A program made the position numbers and the translations under genes. 64,000 nt of DNA. Source: an uncultured virus (IMG/VR IMGVR_UViG_3300027973_000047). Its lineage: Duplodnaviria; Heunggongvirae; Uroviricota; Caudoviricetes. Shown here one piece after another: positions 47,901-59,348 of this stretch (position 1 is the stretch's first letter; each line of letters starts with the position of its first letter). The notes beneath the pieces are model-generated. The model saw nothing but the letters and a program-made list of their open reading frames with translations, had not been told where the DNA came from and did not search any database. Location of the stretch: the IMG/VR virus record IMGVR_UViG_3300027973_000047; one strand, written 5' to 3'.

Positions 47901-50699
47901 TAAAAAGTTATTAACTGGATCGTTACTATTTATCCCTTGCCTGTAGGCGTCAATTCTATCAGCACCAGAAAATGCTGCGCCAGTTTCAAAAGTTTTGGTA
48001 AGAGCAATATCGTCTGCTTCCCTTTTGGAACCAGGTGGAAAAACATCTTCATATCTTGCTTGTCTTGATAGTGTTGCTGTATATTCTGCGGTAATAACTG
48101 CTGACCAATTTGCACTAAAGCTTAGCGTTGATTCACTTGATTGATTATAAGAATTAAAGATAGAAAAATTAAACGTATAATTTTTATAACTATTAGACGA
48201 AGATATTGAACTAGAAAGTCCATCGTTTATTTCTTTGGTCGATGATCTATATAGTCTTTCTCTTATAACGTAAGGACCAAAGCCACCGGGCACAGTGAAT
48301 TGAGCTGATGGAGAATTAGTATACGCATAAACTGCCCCAGTAATGCTATCGTTGTTTATCTTAAATAGATTATAAGAAGTTGGTATCTCTGTACCACTTT
48401 GTACAACGGCTGCGTAAATACGATCTCCACCTTTTATCGGAGTAGCGTTTGCGATTTCTACGTCATTATTTGTTATCTCTATAAAAAATTCTAAATTACT
48501 AGAATCAATTTCTTGCAAAGAGATACTGTGTTGATCAGCTAAAAAGTCATAAATAGATTTTTTGTAAAATTCTAACACTGAAGAATTACTTGGGATTAAA
48601 TTCCTTGCATACTTTGAGGTTCCAACAGCATTTTGATTGTCTACCTTAATAAGAGAATATACTTCTTTTTTCTCGTCTTCTAATAAAACGTTTCCATTTA
48701 ATACATATGAAGATTGCCAATTTGAAACCTGATAGTACATTGACGATCTTAGATCTTTAACCTTAGTTGAAAATATTCTATTTAATAATGCAACCGAACA
48801 TGCATTGTATAGCATTTTCATTGGACCTTCTATTGCTGCTACAGCAGTAAACGTAGCTTGAGTTATGCTAGTTGGACCATTGTTACTTGTTGCTATATCA
48901 AAGATGGAAGATGGTTGGTATATGTCATTGCAGTATTTAAGCATTGGTGTGGTTGTGGCCAATAGCGTGCCTTTAGATAGCGAATCAGTTGAAGGTGTGA
49001 ACTCTAAGCTAACGAATATAGGCTTACTTCTAGAGTTAGTTAGCACAGTATTATTGGTTGAAATATTTCCAGTAAATTCTTTTACTGTTTTTTTAGTTGT
49101 AAGATTAGAAAGATTGCTTCTTCCAAATATTGAATATACATCGTAGTTAACATTATCTACAGTTAATCTTTCAAAAATACCTGGGTTAATCGGCCAAGCA
49201 TTGGTTTTATTTTCATTAAGAAAAATATTTTCCTGATTATAGGTCCATGTATCTAGCGGATATTCCTGGGCACTGACCGATAAGGATGGATCTATTGATT
49301 GTGCGCCAGTATAATCAATTGCCTGTGTTGTGATAACAGAAAGTTTTGATAAATCTAATACCAGTGTTCCCTGAGTCTGCTCTAGATACTTCTTTAGCTT
49401 TAGACCTTGTTCTGTAGTTATTGGAGAACTAGGAGTCCAGGTGACTATGTCGTATAGAGAAAGTTCATCATCAGTAACTTTATCTAAATTTAATAACCAA
49501 TACGATGCTTGATTTTTTCCGTATTGATTACTCTTTTCCGATAAGGGATTTGCATATTTGTACTTAGATGCATTAAACGGAGACTGCTCTAGTCTCAAAA
49601 AAGCGTAAGGGTTTGCTGCGCCAAAATCATTAGATTGCTCCATGCCAGATATCTGTGCTGATGTTGATAGCACGGCACAATTAATTACTTTTTGTTTTAT
49701 AGAACTTTCTTTATCTATTTCTTCACCATAATTTATAGATGAAACATCAACGGATCTTTTAACTTTAGTTATTAATCTCCAGTTAAAAGATTCATAAGTT
49801 CTATTATCTGACAAAGCTTTTTTAGGAACAAATACTTCAAAACCTTCTGCTCTAGCATTCGTGCTGTTAATTAAATTATTTTTTGATGTAATAGATTTTT
49901 TACTATATATTTTTTTTGACCTTGAAGAATTATCTACAACAATTGATTCCTCTCCAATTCTATTAAAAATACTAACAGTATTAATGTTTTCTTTATATTG
50001 AGGAATCGTTGAAGATATTGACTCAGTTGAAGATAGCGTAACCTTATCGTAAACTAACGATAAGTCTACTGGAGATGGACTATCAAATAAAGCTATTATC
50101 TTAGAAGGAATATTTGATCTATTTGAATAGATTGGCAAATCTAATTGTTCAATTAATATTCTATATTTTTTCAAACCAGTAGATTGATCTACATACTCAA
50201 AACCATTTTTGTCAATAACTTTAATTGACTTTGGAACACTGGACTCTGACAAAAAATCATCAAGTCCATCATATGCGTAAGAACTTCTTGGCAGGAGAGT
50301 ATAGTATCTAGAAACATAAAACGAATGAACAAATCCGTTCTTATTAAGATCTTCAATGTAGTACTTCTTATCTAATGCACGTGTGTTTAGGAATACATCG
50401 CTCACGCTAATGTCATCTGAATCGAATACCGTATAGCCATCTGAGTCCTCTAGTATTCCTAGTTCATTGGCAAAAACTATTTTATTCTTTGCAGATCTAT
50501 TTGAAGCATTAATATTTGAAGAGTATGAATTCTCTGGTATAAAATTAGACAGATCTGTTACTGAAATGTTATTTGCTGGAGTTACTGGCTTTGAGTTAAA
50601 CCAAACTAAAGCGGTTGAGGAATCATCTAGTGGTAAATTATTTACTTTTCTTATCTTTTTTTGACTACTGTTGTCAATATTTAAATTAAACTTATCCAC
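44970..50699 (-). CDS. Very large virion protein (1909 aa) with internal peptidoglycan-binding-like domain
   Basis: IKYIQISMREAG...SGQFKANTRNAVLAFQ...NGTVDSET; C-terminal DLRLKGGGL. Confidence 0.65.
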   Translation of the reverse strand: MDKFNLNIDNSSQKKIRKVNNLPLDDSSTALVWFNSKPVTPANNISVTDLSNFIPENSYSSNINASNRSAKNKIVFANELGILEDSDGYTVFDSDDISVSDVFLNTRALDKKYYIEDLNKNGFVHSFYVSRYYTLLPRSSYAYDGLDDFLSESSVPKSIKVIDKNGFEYVDQSTGLKKYRILIEQLDLPIYSNRSNIPSKIIALFDSPSPVDLSLVYDKVTLSSTESISSTIPQYKENINTVSIFNRIGEESIVVDNSSRSKKIYSKKSITSKNNLINSTNARAEGFEVFVPKKALSDNRTYESFNWRLITKVKRSVDVSSINYGEEIDKESSIKQKVINCAVLSTSAQISGMEQSNDFGAANPYAFLRLEQSPFNASKYKYANPLSEKSNQYGKNQASYWLLNLDKVTDDELSLYDIVTWTPSSPITTEQGLKLKKYLEQTQGTLVLDLSKLSVITTQAIDYTGAQSIDPSLSVSAQEYPLDTWTYNQENIFLNENKTNAWPINPGIFERLTVDNVNYDVYSIFGRSNLSNLTTKKTVKEFTGNISTNNTVLTNSRSKPIFVSLEFTPSTDSLSKGTLLATTTPMLKYCNDIYQPSSIFDIATSNNGPTSITQATFTAVAAIEGPMKMLYNACSVALLNRIFSTKVKDLRSSMYYQVSNWQSSYVLNGNVLLEDEKKEVYSLIKVDNQNAVGTSKYARNLIPSNSSVLEFYKKSIYDFLADQHSISLQEIDSSNLEFFIEITNNDVEIANATPIKGGDRIYAAVVQSGTEIPTSYNLFKINNDSITGAVYAYTNSPSAQFTVPGGFGPYVIRERLYRSSTKEINDGLSSSISSSNSYKNYTFNFSIFNSYNQSSESTLSFSANWSAVITAEYTATLSRQARYEDVFPPGSKREADDIALTKTFETGAAFSGADRIDAYRQGINSNDPVNNFLYTGDIQQGNIIGAYGENKPNMLPDYIKYIQISMREAGILVAGKLPELSGQFKANTRNAVLAFQASVNARYENGTVDSETKSLIAIHIWKSIKNSDPTRYSAIIARLQVNNPTVVKYVVAAADAIELHDLPNRDWNYRKITYTGQSGPKKLVDSIFFAVPFDQISIDGITQQDLKGQVLKSVTIYPGTFAGAPDYKGIALKQAVVYSGIDMAGKNIIKGAAEYTTEKFTIEVNKPMAECMFFAFQFNGGSLGGKYGTFTEGYSLAKVEFEIGYTLDTFNAQTIVESGYRLDTTTAPVEIKFNIAGSVTGISPNKAEIIDLNGVKSTKYATTPVSITYPTWSGEKTLNLSNTTINFSSTSYSPPFTPYSDSNLEPQYKDESISINLTQTKTVSINSNTFAVANVVSATGNPVNSSDLNLSISSNRLVFETSSLIYENSNVIKSAEKLLDNYWLMKTDGSIIKSAKKAISVLDGLVLLTQPSLDKDKVGKPYGIDLQSFVNTLSTDKEFNTDYGSFILTNNARDDGGFLYGFYDNKKKEFLGMNLYYVDYISRGPENVYIAALAVDADGNLGNGLDFFGPKTSGKIIPSSIPVKMACPIYNVEYVPSSRIGISSIPPNLSKFQQWPLYITSGSFTKDIYINPAYGWTSWAEKYTGKVLRATYSTLNMGNVIWSQIAGKPYITIINETPIVLSSKRYQLMQVPIATFMEPSQMECGSVVNWVDFETRESVDSPWTAVDSNLIRNINSQTGIVDFITPITSDPDLIRVNYTAKSNGIPLKQINGRVIPLNPFLNKNTVETEKPLHIYIKPIRIEVRSSSQDGYVWDYVSDYSYDSPIDFTYNTSIFDPYNSVNYDPFSLQIGLVHVLNSVDVKDLAIEDLRLKGGGLKATMGKTIDVQSYGSLDINKVFKEVKEASSFWDVYPPDQQAYSKGGFIIIKLPKEVLNNFTSEAELYSIISKNITAGVAYKIQDMEGNDWGVLS

Positions 50700-50701
50700 A
50701 A

Positions 50702-53700
50702 TTAATCCTCATAATCCTTTATTAAGTTAGAGTAATCTGAAATAACATATGGGGTTGCACCAAAATATCCAGCTTGGTACTGGTCGTATCTTGGAATTGG
50801 CAGCCATTGTGGCGGCGTCCATCTAGGCGTCGATTCAGTGTTGTCTACTATGTTTTCATTATAGTAACTAATTCTAAACGTTGGAGTAGAATATATATTC
50901 AATGATTTACTAATATCATGATTAATTATATCGGGTATCTTTAATCCAGGCACAAAATTGATGTCTACATTATCATAAGATTCATACCAGAATAGAACAT
51001 CGCCAACTGATGTATTTGGAGTCGAAGATGGAGTTGAACTTAACTCTGAATCGATAGCCATAAACCAATATCCAGGAGTTGCTCTTTCCTGTGATGGAAC
51101 TGGACCTATCTCGAACTTTCCATTAACATCCGTATAGACTATGCCTGAAGTAGTGTTCTTATCTGGCTTTAAGGTTGAGTTACTATAGGGTACTTCGTTT
51201 AGGGTTGAGTATAGATATCTAGACTTTCTCCAGTAAATTACACTATTCTCACTTGGTGCATTGTCGGTTGTTAGTATTCCCGATATGGTTGTAGATGATA
51301 TTCCATCAGCATTGATGATGCTTGGGTTGGCTGACGCTAATAGCGTTGTATCTTCAGCCCTTGAAGAATATACTGGAATAAACTCAAGAGTAAAGAATTC
51401 ACTAGTTTCACTATCTGGATGCGCTAATGGATTACTCGGGTATATTGCTCCATCAATTAAGACCATCACGTTAGTACTGTATGCGATGTCTCCACTTTCA
51501 TAAACTGCATTTACAGAAGCAAATCCTTCATCGTCTGTAGTTATGGTACTTTGAGCAAAGGTTAGCTGATGAAGTAGTGAGGAAAGACTAAAGCTTTGAT
51601 ATGGTTTTGGATTTCCTTCAGTATCTAAAGAAATTATACTTATAGTTATATAATCATTTCCATCGTCTAAGATGTAACCCGGAGAAATATATAGTTTTAT
51701 TCTGTCAAAGTCGTACGTTGCATTTGATGCAATTACGTAACCCTTGTCTAGGAGTGAGCTTGTTTGTCCAAAATTTAAATCAATAGGAGTTGAGTCTTCG
51801 TATATTGAAGATTCATATGTGATCTCATAGTTCATTGTAGCGTTAGGAGTAGCATCAAAAACTATCTTTGAATAATATGAAGAACCATCAAGGATATTAT
51901 CCACGTAATATGAATTAACAACCTTATATTTTATGTAATAGTCTCTATCTTTTTTAAATTCATATGTAGATTTATCTAACTTAATAAATGAATTATTTGT
52001 TGAAAGATTGCTGAATAGAAGCTCTCCAGTGTACGCATCTGTAATAGAAAGATTATAAACATTTTTATAACCAAGATGAAAGCTATTGTCAAACTTAGGC
52101 TGTAACGTTTCTGTATTTTCAAATCCAAAATGCCTTGGAGAAGACTCATGAGGAAATCCCACCTCAGTATAAATTTCAGGAGTTGCTGAACCAACTAAAG
52201 AAACATTTACCATAACCGGAGCACCTTGCCTAGGTGCATTGGCTAATGTTACCTCTTTTAGTATTCCAGTTTTAACCTCAGTTACCGGCTTAGCATAGAC
52301 GTAATACTCATCATTGTCTAAATGAATCCAGCCAGTATTAATCCTGGCGTCTAATCTTGCGTCGTATAATTTTCCTCTAACTATAAAGTTATCAAATACC
52401 GTAGTATTTCTCTGTAGATCATATGACTCAGAGATGGAATTATCTGGATATCTTAAACTCTTTGTGGTGTAATCAGTATCTGTGTAAATGCTAGATATAC
52501 CGTTCGACTCAAGAACATACGTTCTATTTAAAAATGGATTAACGATTTTTTGTTCTGACCAAACTGATACATTTACAGATTCAGGATCTAAAACTTCAAT
52601 TGTTTCAAAGAAGTATTTAAACTTTTCAGAACCAGACAGGCCAAAACCTTCTCTTGTTAATTCTGGTAATGAAATATAATTACTATTTTTTCCTGGAACA
52701 TATTCACCATTTAAGGAGTTATAACTGATTACCCCATATTCATCAACGTATCCAGAGATAGGAGAAGCATGTGTTAGCTCAAAGGGATCCCAATTAACTA
52801 TCTCAAATGGATAGATTGAGCTATTTTGAGTCGATACTGTAAGTGAATTCGGAGTACTAGTATATGGATAGCTAAGTTGAGTAAAGTAATATGATGCAGT
52901 TGCAGCGGATCCGTTTACTGTAGTTGTTCCAATTTTAGCGTTTGAACTAGGTGTTGCAAGATTTGAACTATTAAATCTTATGCTTAAGTTGGGTGAAGAT
53001 GGAATAAATACTTCTCTATCAGTTTCTAAATAATAAGAAACACCACCATAGCCAGAAAAAGCTGAATTGTCATCAAGGTAATCTACGTCTACGCTTGTTG
53101 GTTTCAAGTTATTAATAAATATCTGTCTTGGCGTTGCTCCTACTGGCATGATTATATTAGAGACAATTCTATTATGATCAATTGAATAACCACTTGGTGG
53201 CGTAGCAACATTATTGATAATAATTTCAGACTCTTGTGGAGTTGTGTATTTAGTTACTTGAACTGGATTATATAGCTTTGAAAGAAGCTGCAGTTGTGTA
53301 CTCTGAGCAAAGTTTGGTGTTGCTGATAATAGCGTTCCACTACTTATTAGATTCGCAGTTCTGTGAGAAAACTTTGCTTCAAAGTTATTAGAGTTTGGCG
53401 TTGCATAAGTTGAGCCATTCCATAATCCATTTTTAAGAACTATGTTTTCTATCTCAGATACTTCTAATCTAGAAGTGTTAATTGAACTTTTTGTATCTTT
53501 ATATCCAGATAATGTTTGTTTTTCTTTTAGTGAATATTTTGATGAAACATATCCTTCTGTATCAAATATTTCTATAGAATTATATTCCGGGTAAGCTGAG
53601 TGAGTTGGACCAAAATTATTCTTTGGATAGAATGTGAGCGGTGCAAAAAATGTTATTGGCGTTGCATATGACCCGTGCGGGGTAGCACTGAATTCAAGAG

Positions 53701-55481
53701 TTAGATTTACGGTAGCTGCTGGATTATTGTATTCGGTAATTTCATAGGAACCATAATACTCATACTGAAGTTTTACTGGTTCATACTTTAAAGAAGTGCT
53801 AACATTTTTCTTGCCCTTGGCAACTATTGAAGTTTCAAAAAACTGAGGAGTTGCATCGTAGTTAGTGACAAATAATCCAGCGTCATTTAAGTCTCCAACT
53901 CCTGGTTGATAATATGGTATTGCAATTTCTTCATCATAGTATCTAGAGCGAATTCTATTAACACCCTCATTATCCTCTCCAGCGTAGTCCCAAATGCTAT
54001 CTCCAAATCTAAAGTATCCCCAATTTGTAGGGTATCTTACATTTAAATCATCTACTAATTTTTTAAATAGATCAGTTGGATTACCATCTGCGGTAAAATA
54101 TGGAGTTGAATATTCTATATCTGATATTTCTAAAATTTCAGGTGTTGCGCCTGGATAACTAGAAGATGGAGTGGCACCAAAAGCCTTCCAAAGATTTAAC
54201 TCTCTTCTAAGAACTTTTTTAAATGATTCTATATCAGCGCCATTTGGATTTTTGAATACATCTAGAATTCTTTCCTTATAGGAAGCGTTAGACTCAAGAT
54301 GCATTCTAAATAAACCAACTCTTGCACCCATTTCGTCAAACCAGTTGTATCTTAATATTGGTGTTTGAGTTAAAGGAGTTACAGTTCCAGTATTTTCACT
54401 CTTTATTGAGAGATTTCCATATTCTTTTACTGTTAGAATTTCTCTATTTAAAGGGTTGTGATAAAAAACATCATCAGAAATTTTTGATTTATAGAAATCA
54501 ACAAGGTTATCTACTCTAGCTAATTCTAGAAGTTCATTAGATAATACTTTATTAAAAACATTTGTTATATTTGTAGAAGAATACAACCAAGTTAATTGAT
54601 TAACATCAGCTCTTTCTATAAAAGAGTTAATTCTAAATATATCTATTTCTCTATCAAAGTCATCTAAATCTTCACCAATAACTGCATTTAAAAATTTGCC
54701 AGCTGTTGATTTTGGTACATATAAACTAGGAGTAGCCTGATCTATTGAGTCTTCATATAGATGCATCCACGAAGGAAATCTGCCTAATACATTTTTTGTT
54801 GAACGTGAAATTACTGGGTTAGAAGGTTCTGATATAGCTACTTCTATTATAAGAAGAAAACTTAAAGATGTTAATACTTCTAATTCCGTATTTACTACTA
54901 CTTCAAATTTTGCATATCGCTTTACATCTTTTGATAGAAGTATTGATCCTAGAGCATTAGAAGTGGTAGTTACCGCTAGTAACCATGGTCCGATTTTGAC
55001 TATCTGATTCGTATATATTTAAATCAAAAGTAATTGATTCAATACTGTTTAAGGAACTAGAAAAAGCTCCTTTAAAAGTTCTTATATCAATACGAGATGT
55101 TGTATCTATAAATCTATAGAGATAATCTTCTTCTGAATCAGCGGTAAAGATTGGCGTTGAACTAGTATCTGGATCAAAAACAAAACTGTCACCGCTGACT
55201 GAATTTGAATTAAAGAATAAATGGGGACTTACACCAGGATCTAGATATAGTTCTCCAGTGTCAGTAACTGCATACGCACCTTCTATTGTTGGAGTGGCAC
55301 CTTGTAATACGCTGGTTCCAGTATAAATGTAATCACCTAGTGAATTTAAACCAGTTGCTGACCTAGTGTACGAGAAGTTTTTATAAAACTTATTTGAATA
55401 AAGGTCAATTACACTGGAGGTCCACAAATTATTACTTTTAGTGAAGTCTCCAGTGTTAAAGCTTAACAAATAGGTTTTCAT
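50702..55481 (-). CDS. Large baseplate/tail protein; needs a +1 shift at CGGA; 1592 aa
   Basis: YESDSQN-[c]GGA-PWLLAV...RFPSWMHLYE joins 54957..55481 to 50702..54766; contains WFDEMGARVGLFRMHLESNASYKERI (baseplate-wedge-like). Confidence 0.75.
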
Positions 55482-55492
55482 TTATTAAACTC

Positions 55493-56710
55493 CTAAACCG
55501 CATCTAGCCAAATACTGTATTCGCAAGTAACTCCATTGTCGGGGTGAACAAACATCAAATGCTGACACGGTCTGCTCATTGAGGAAAAATACTCTTGAGC
55601 ATAAGTGTTATAGCTTTCTGGTGAACCTGAGACCCTGAGCATTGAGCTACCTATGGTCATCTTAAACTGCTGATGATAGTGGCCCATAAATATATCTTCG
55701 AAGTGCTCTGGGATTGCGCCATCTTTCCACCCCATTGCCCTCTTATAGTAGCCATGATATTGTCCTGGTGCAGGCATTTGGTCACCATGAATTAATAGAG
55801 AACTGTAGTTACCTATGGTGTCTACAGCGTACCAATGTCTTTCACCTTTTCCATCTGGAATATTAAAGGTTATTCTTGGCTCTTGTCTTCCTTCTTTGTA
55901 AAAGAATTCCATTGACTTGTAAAGCAGTCTGTCCATATTTGTTTCTGGATCATGCATCTTTCTACCACGTCCGCCTACTGCGCCGTGATTTCCTATCACG
56001 CCAGTAACATGTACGTGCTCAAAGTGTTGCAATACAGTGTCAAAGAACTTGCTCAGAATTGCTGGACCGTTAACGCCTACTTGTCTATAGAGTCCAGAAT
56101 CTATAAGGTGAGCTTGTCCTGGGAATATTTCTTCACCCTCTACGATGTCACCCAACAGCCATACGTGAAGATTTTTAACGGGATGATGCTTCCTTTGTAT
56201 TTCCGTTATTTCTAGCAGTTTCTGAGTATAAACTTCTATTCTTTCTGCCAAAACTTCAGAGTTATAATCAGGAGTTATCTTACCCAATTGCCAATCCGCA
56301 AATACCGCTACTGCCGTTTCAGGAACACCTGGTAACACCTTAAGTGTTGGGCCCTTAATGGGAGCAGTTTCTATAGATGAAAAGGCATCAAATGCAGCTT
56401 GATACACTGCATAAACTGTTTCGTCTTTTACGTTCTTATTCTTTTCAGCTATTTTAGCCAAACGTCTATTCTCAGATCTTAAAAAGATAGATTGATCAGC
56501 AGCTGTGGCTTCATGACTATCTAAGAAGATTTGAGCGTCTTGCTCTTCTTCATTCCACACTTCTGTTATTCCAGTTTCTATTATTTCACAATCATCATGT
56601 AGTACTTCGCCAGGAAAGTTATCATACCCTTCTGATACCATTCTTGCATGGGTCATGTTTTTTGCTTTTACTATCTGCTTTCTTATAACAGAGTAAGTTT
56701 GTTCAGACAT
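55493..56710 (-). CDS. Calcineurin-like metallophosphoesterase
   Basis: FADWQLG, LGDIVEG, GNHG, IHGD, GHYH. Confidence 0.85.
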   Translation of the reverse strand: MSEQTYSVIRKQIVKAKNMTHARMVSEGYDNFPGEVLHDDCEIIETGITEVWNEEEQDAQIFLDSHEATAADQSIFLRSENRRLAKIAEKNKNVKDETVYAVYQAAFDAFSSIETAPIKGPTLKVLPGVPETAVAVFADWQLGKITPDYNSEVLAERIEVYTQKLLEITEIQRKHHPVKNLHVWLLGDIVEGEEIFPGQAHLIDSGLYRQVGVNGPAILSKFFDTVLQHFEHVHVTGVIGNHGAVGGRGRKMHDPETNMDRLLYKSMEFFYKEGRQEPRITFNIPDGKGERHWYAVDTIGNYSSLLIHGDQMPAPGQYHGYYKRAMGWKDGAIPEHFEDIFMGHYHQQFKMTIGSSMLRVSGSPESYNTYAQEYFSSMSRPCQHLMFVHPDNGVTCEYSIWLDAV

Positions 56711-56733
56711 TAATTTACACCTTTTCTACTAGT

Positions 56734-57894
56734 TTACGCTCCCATTATAACAGAGAATAGGCTAAGCGTACCAGCAGCCATGTAACTTTTATCATCAGAT
56801 AGTCTATAATCTTTATTGGGTATATTCCTATTATCTACCTTAATATTACCAACAGTGACAGACATGATTAGCTCTGAAGAAAGCTTCATCTGTCTTTCTA
56901 TTTCTGATATTGAAACTGAGTCACCAATTGTGAGACTGTTTAAATATCTATTTAAGAAAATCTTTGATTGATTTTCTACGCTTCTAGCAATTGCTCCCGC
57001 TGTTCCCTCTCTTAGGGTCAAGGTAGCTGAAACATCTACTAATTTTTTAGTAGCTATTCTAAGATTCATATTAATACCAACTGGTTTAACTGCTTTAATT
57101 TTTTCGTAAACCAACTGACTCATTATACTTATTCCAGCTTGAGTTTCTGGTATAACAACTATATCGCAAGTACCAACACCAAGAGAAGCTTCTCTTATTT
57201 TTACATCCCTTACACCTTTAACTGACAAGGCTGCAAACCTAACGGATTCTGCGGTACCTGAAGAGGAACCTCTAATTCCTGAAACTATTCTTCTTCTATA
57301 GTTATCGTCAGATTCAGAGTTAAGACTACTATAAACTTCCTTCGGATTATTACAGTACACTACGATACCCGGAGGTGATATGAAATTATGTTTTACCAAG
57401 GTATTTCTAGCTGCAGTTACATTGTTGTCTGCAAATTTTGCCTTAACTGACCCATAGGCTCTTGTGTTGCCAGTTGTTATAACGATATCTGAATTTAGCT
57501 CATACTGATATTGGGTTGAAGAAAATGCTGTCGTATCATTATATACGAGCGTTCCCTTTGGAATGGTTACGGTTGAACTGTGAGTTGTATTTAAATAAAA
57601 TTCTATATTTCCAGTAACTCTTTCTGGGACTAGTTCAGATGATATCGTTCTACGCTGCACGTTATATAGGGTGCCTATCATATCTAGGTTGATTCCTGAA
57701 GCCGTTGAAAGATTAGATTGCTCTATACTCACCTTTAAAGAGTTATAAAGATCGCTAATTTCAGAATGAATTGCTTCCGCAAAAGCTCTAGCTATTGATC
57801 CAGGAGAGATGGCACTGATTCCTGCGTTTTTTTGCAGGGCGTTAAGAGTAGCTACCAGCATTTGCTCTTTACTCTTTATGTTAACTGATACCAC
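56734..57894 (-). CDS. Baseplate J-like protein
   Basis: PGSIARAF, ASGINLDMIG, ESDDNYRRRI, GTAES..ALSVKGV. Confidence 0.88.
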   Translation of the reverse strand: MVSVNIKSKEQMLVATLNALQKNAGISAISPGSIARAFAEAIHSEISDLYNSLKVSIEQSNLSTASGINLDMIGTLYNVQRRTISSELVPERVTGNIEFYLNTTHSSTVTIPKGTLVYNDTTAFSSTQYQYELNSDIVITTGNTRAYGSVKAKFADNNVTAARNTLVKHNFISPPGIVVYCNNPKEVYSSLNSESDDNYRRRIVSGIRGSSSGTAESVRFAALSVKGVRDVKIREASLGVGTCDIVVIPETQAGISIMSQLVYEKIKAVKPVGINMNLRIATKKLVDVSATLTLREGTAGAIARSVENQSKIFLNRYLNSLTIGDSVSISEIERQMKLSSELIMSVTVGNIKVDNRNIPNKDYRLSDDKSYMAAGTLSLFSVIMGA

Positions 57895-57895
57895 T

Positions 57896-58276
57896 TTAGG
57901 CTCCTAAGTCTTGCGTTATGGACAATATCGTAGGTTCATTTAAGTCACCCATTAAATAAACATCAAACCTAATGGAGTCTGCGGAAACCGGTACTGCTTC
58001 AATAGTAATTTGTCTGTTTTTAAAAACCCCTTCTCTTTCTAGGGCTGCACGAATTAATCTTTTGCCGAAGTCACCAGTTTGAGGGTTTTGAGGCATTCCG
58101 TATAACATCGACAGTTGAGTCCCTAGTTGAGGGTAGATGAAGAAGTCACCTGGCTCAGTCATCAACCTCATGTATACATGCTGTATATCTTTTTCTGACA
58201 TAGATTGGACTAAGCCCAAATCTCCAGATCCATTTACCACTAAATCACCACTAAGGCTGATATAAAAATCAGACAT
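57896..58276 (-). CDS. Baseplate wedge protein (gp25/W-like)
   Basis: RLMTEPGDFFIYPQLGTQL; adjacent to baseplate J. Confidence 0.75.
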   Translation of the reverse strand: MSDFYISLSGDLVVNGSGDLGLVQSMSEKDIQHVYMRLMTEPGDFFIYPQLGTQLSMLYGMPQNPQTGDFGKRLIRAALEREGVFKNRQITIEAVPVSADSIRFDVYLMGDLNEPTILSITQDLGA

Positions 58277-58973
58277 TATTGTCTCCTATGCTTTCTTTAA
58301 CAATATCTAACGCCTGGTTTATCGAACGTCCATTAGACATTAGGTCTCTTATTCTATTTATTAAATTAGCCTTTGACATACTCTCTGCATTAAACAACGC
58401 AGAAGAGTTCCTATCCCAAAAAGAATCTAATTTAATAATATCTTCTTTTGTAAAATCATTATCTAATGAAGAATTTTCCAATACATCCACCGAGACAACA
58501 TCAGTGTTAGTGGTTTCTCTATAGGCGTAGCTGCCGTTAATAGTAACTGTCTGTTGTGAATCTTCTTGGTCTATTAAATCTAAATTCTTTATGTAATGAT
58601 CCATATTTAAAAAAGCTGGATTATAAGATTTATCATTTGCGCTGACAAATGCTGGCTCGGAAAACACAGTTGCCGAATGATTAAACTCCATAGAGTTCCA
58701 TTTTAAACCATCTTCTTTTGTAAAAAACTTAATATTATCCGCAAAAAGAGAAATGGTTTTTGTTGATCCATTTATGACTATACCTACTCCAGGCGCTGAA
58801 AATATTTCTATATCACCAGAATCCGTTAGTCTTATAAAAGATGAATTATCCGGATGAGTAAGTCCTACTTCTCTTTGGGAAAAGTTTTTTCTCCTACTTA
58901 ATTCATCTAACTCAGAAGCGGTCTTGCCAGCTACTGATTCAAAAGACTTTTGTGCATGAATTTTTTCTGACAT
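58269..58973 (-). CDS. Putative baseplate spike-related protein
   Basis: GLTHPDNSSFIRLTDSGDIEI beta repeats; position in the module. Confidence 0.5.
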   Translation of the reverse strand: MSEKIHAQKSFESVAGKTASELDELSRRKNFSQREVGLTHPDNSSFIRLTDSGDIEIFSAPGVGIVINGSTKTISLFADNIKFFTKEDGLKWNSMEFNHSATVFSEPAFVSANDKSYNPAFLNMDHYIKNLDLIDQEDSQQTVTINGSYAYRETTNTDVVSVDVLENSSLDNDFTKEDIIKLDSFWDRNSSALFNAESMSKANLINRIRDLMSNGRSINQALDIVKESIGDNNV

Positions 58974-58974
58974 T

Positions 58975-59337
58975 TTAAACCATAAACTTTGGTACACCAG
59001 TGTCTACACTGTAGTTGGGCATATATCTTCCTACGCTATTTGTATCGTCTATATATGATACTATATGTGGAAATCTTTCATTGGCATCCGCGAAACCAAC
59101 TATACATCTCGTGCCTGCTGTTGGTGCAACGCTTTGTACGCCAAGGGTAGATGGACATGGAACGCTTCTTAATATGTTGCCAACTTGATTTGTCATCCTA
59201 TCGTCTAGGATAATTACAGCTGTATTGGTCATTTTATTATATGACATAATAGTTCCAGATCTTGTTTTAGATTGCTGAAGCTGATTATTGCTAATGTGTG
59301 AATTTAATTTTTCATCAAACTTTGGATACTGTTTCAT
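58975..59337 (-). CDS. Putative baseplate protein (gpV-like OB domain)
   Basis: GTIMSYN..TAVI, APTAGTRCIVGF. Confidence 0.55.
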   Translation of the reverse strand: MKQYPKFDEKLNSHISNNQLQQSKTRSGTIMSYNKMTNTAVIILDDRMTNQVGNILRSVPCPSTLGVQSVAPTAGTRCIVGFADANERFPHIVSYIDDTNSVGRYMPNYSVDTGVPKFMV

Positions 59338-59348
59338 ATGTTATCCCC

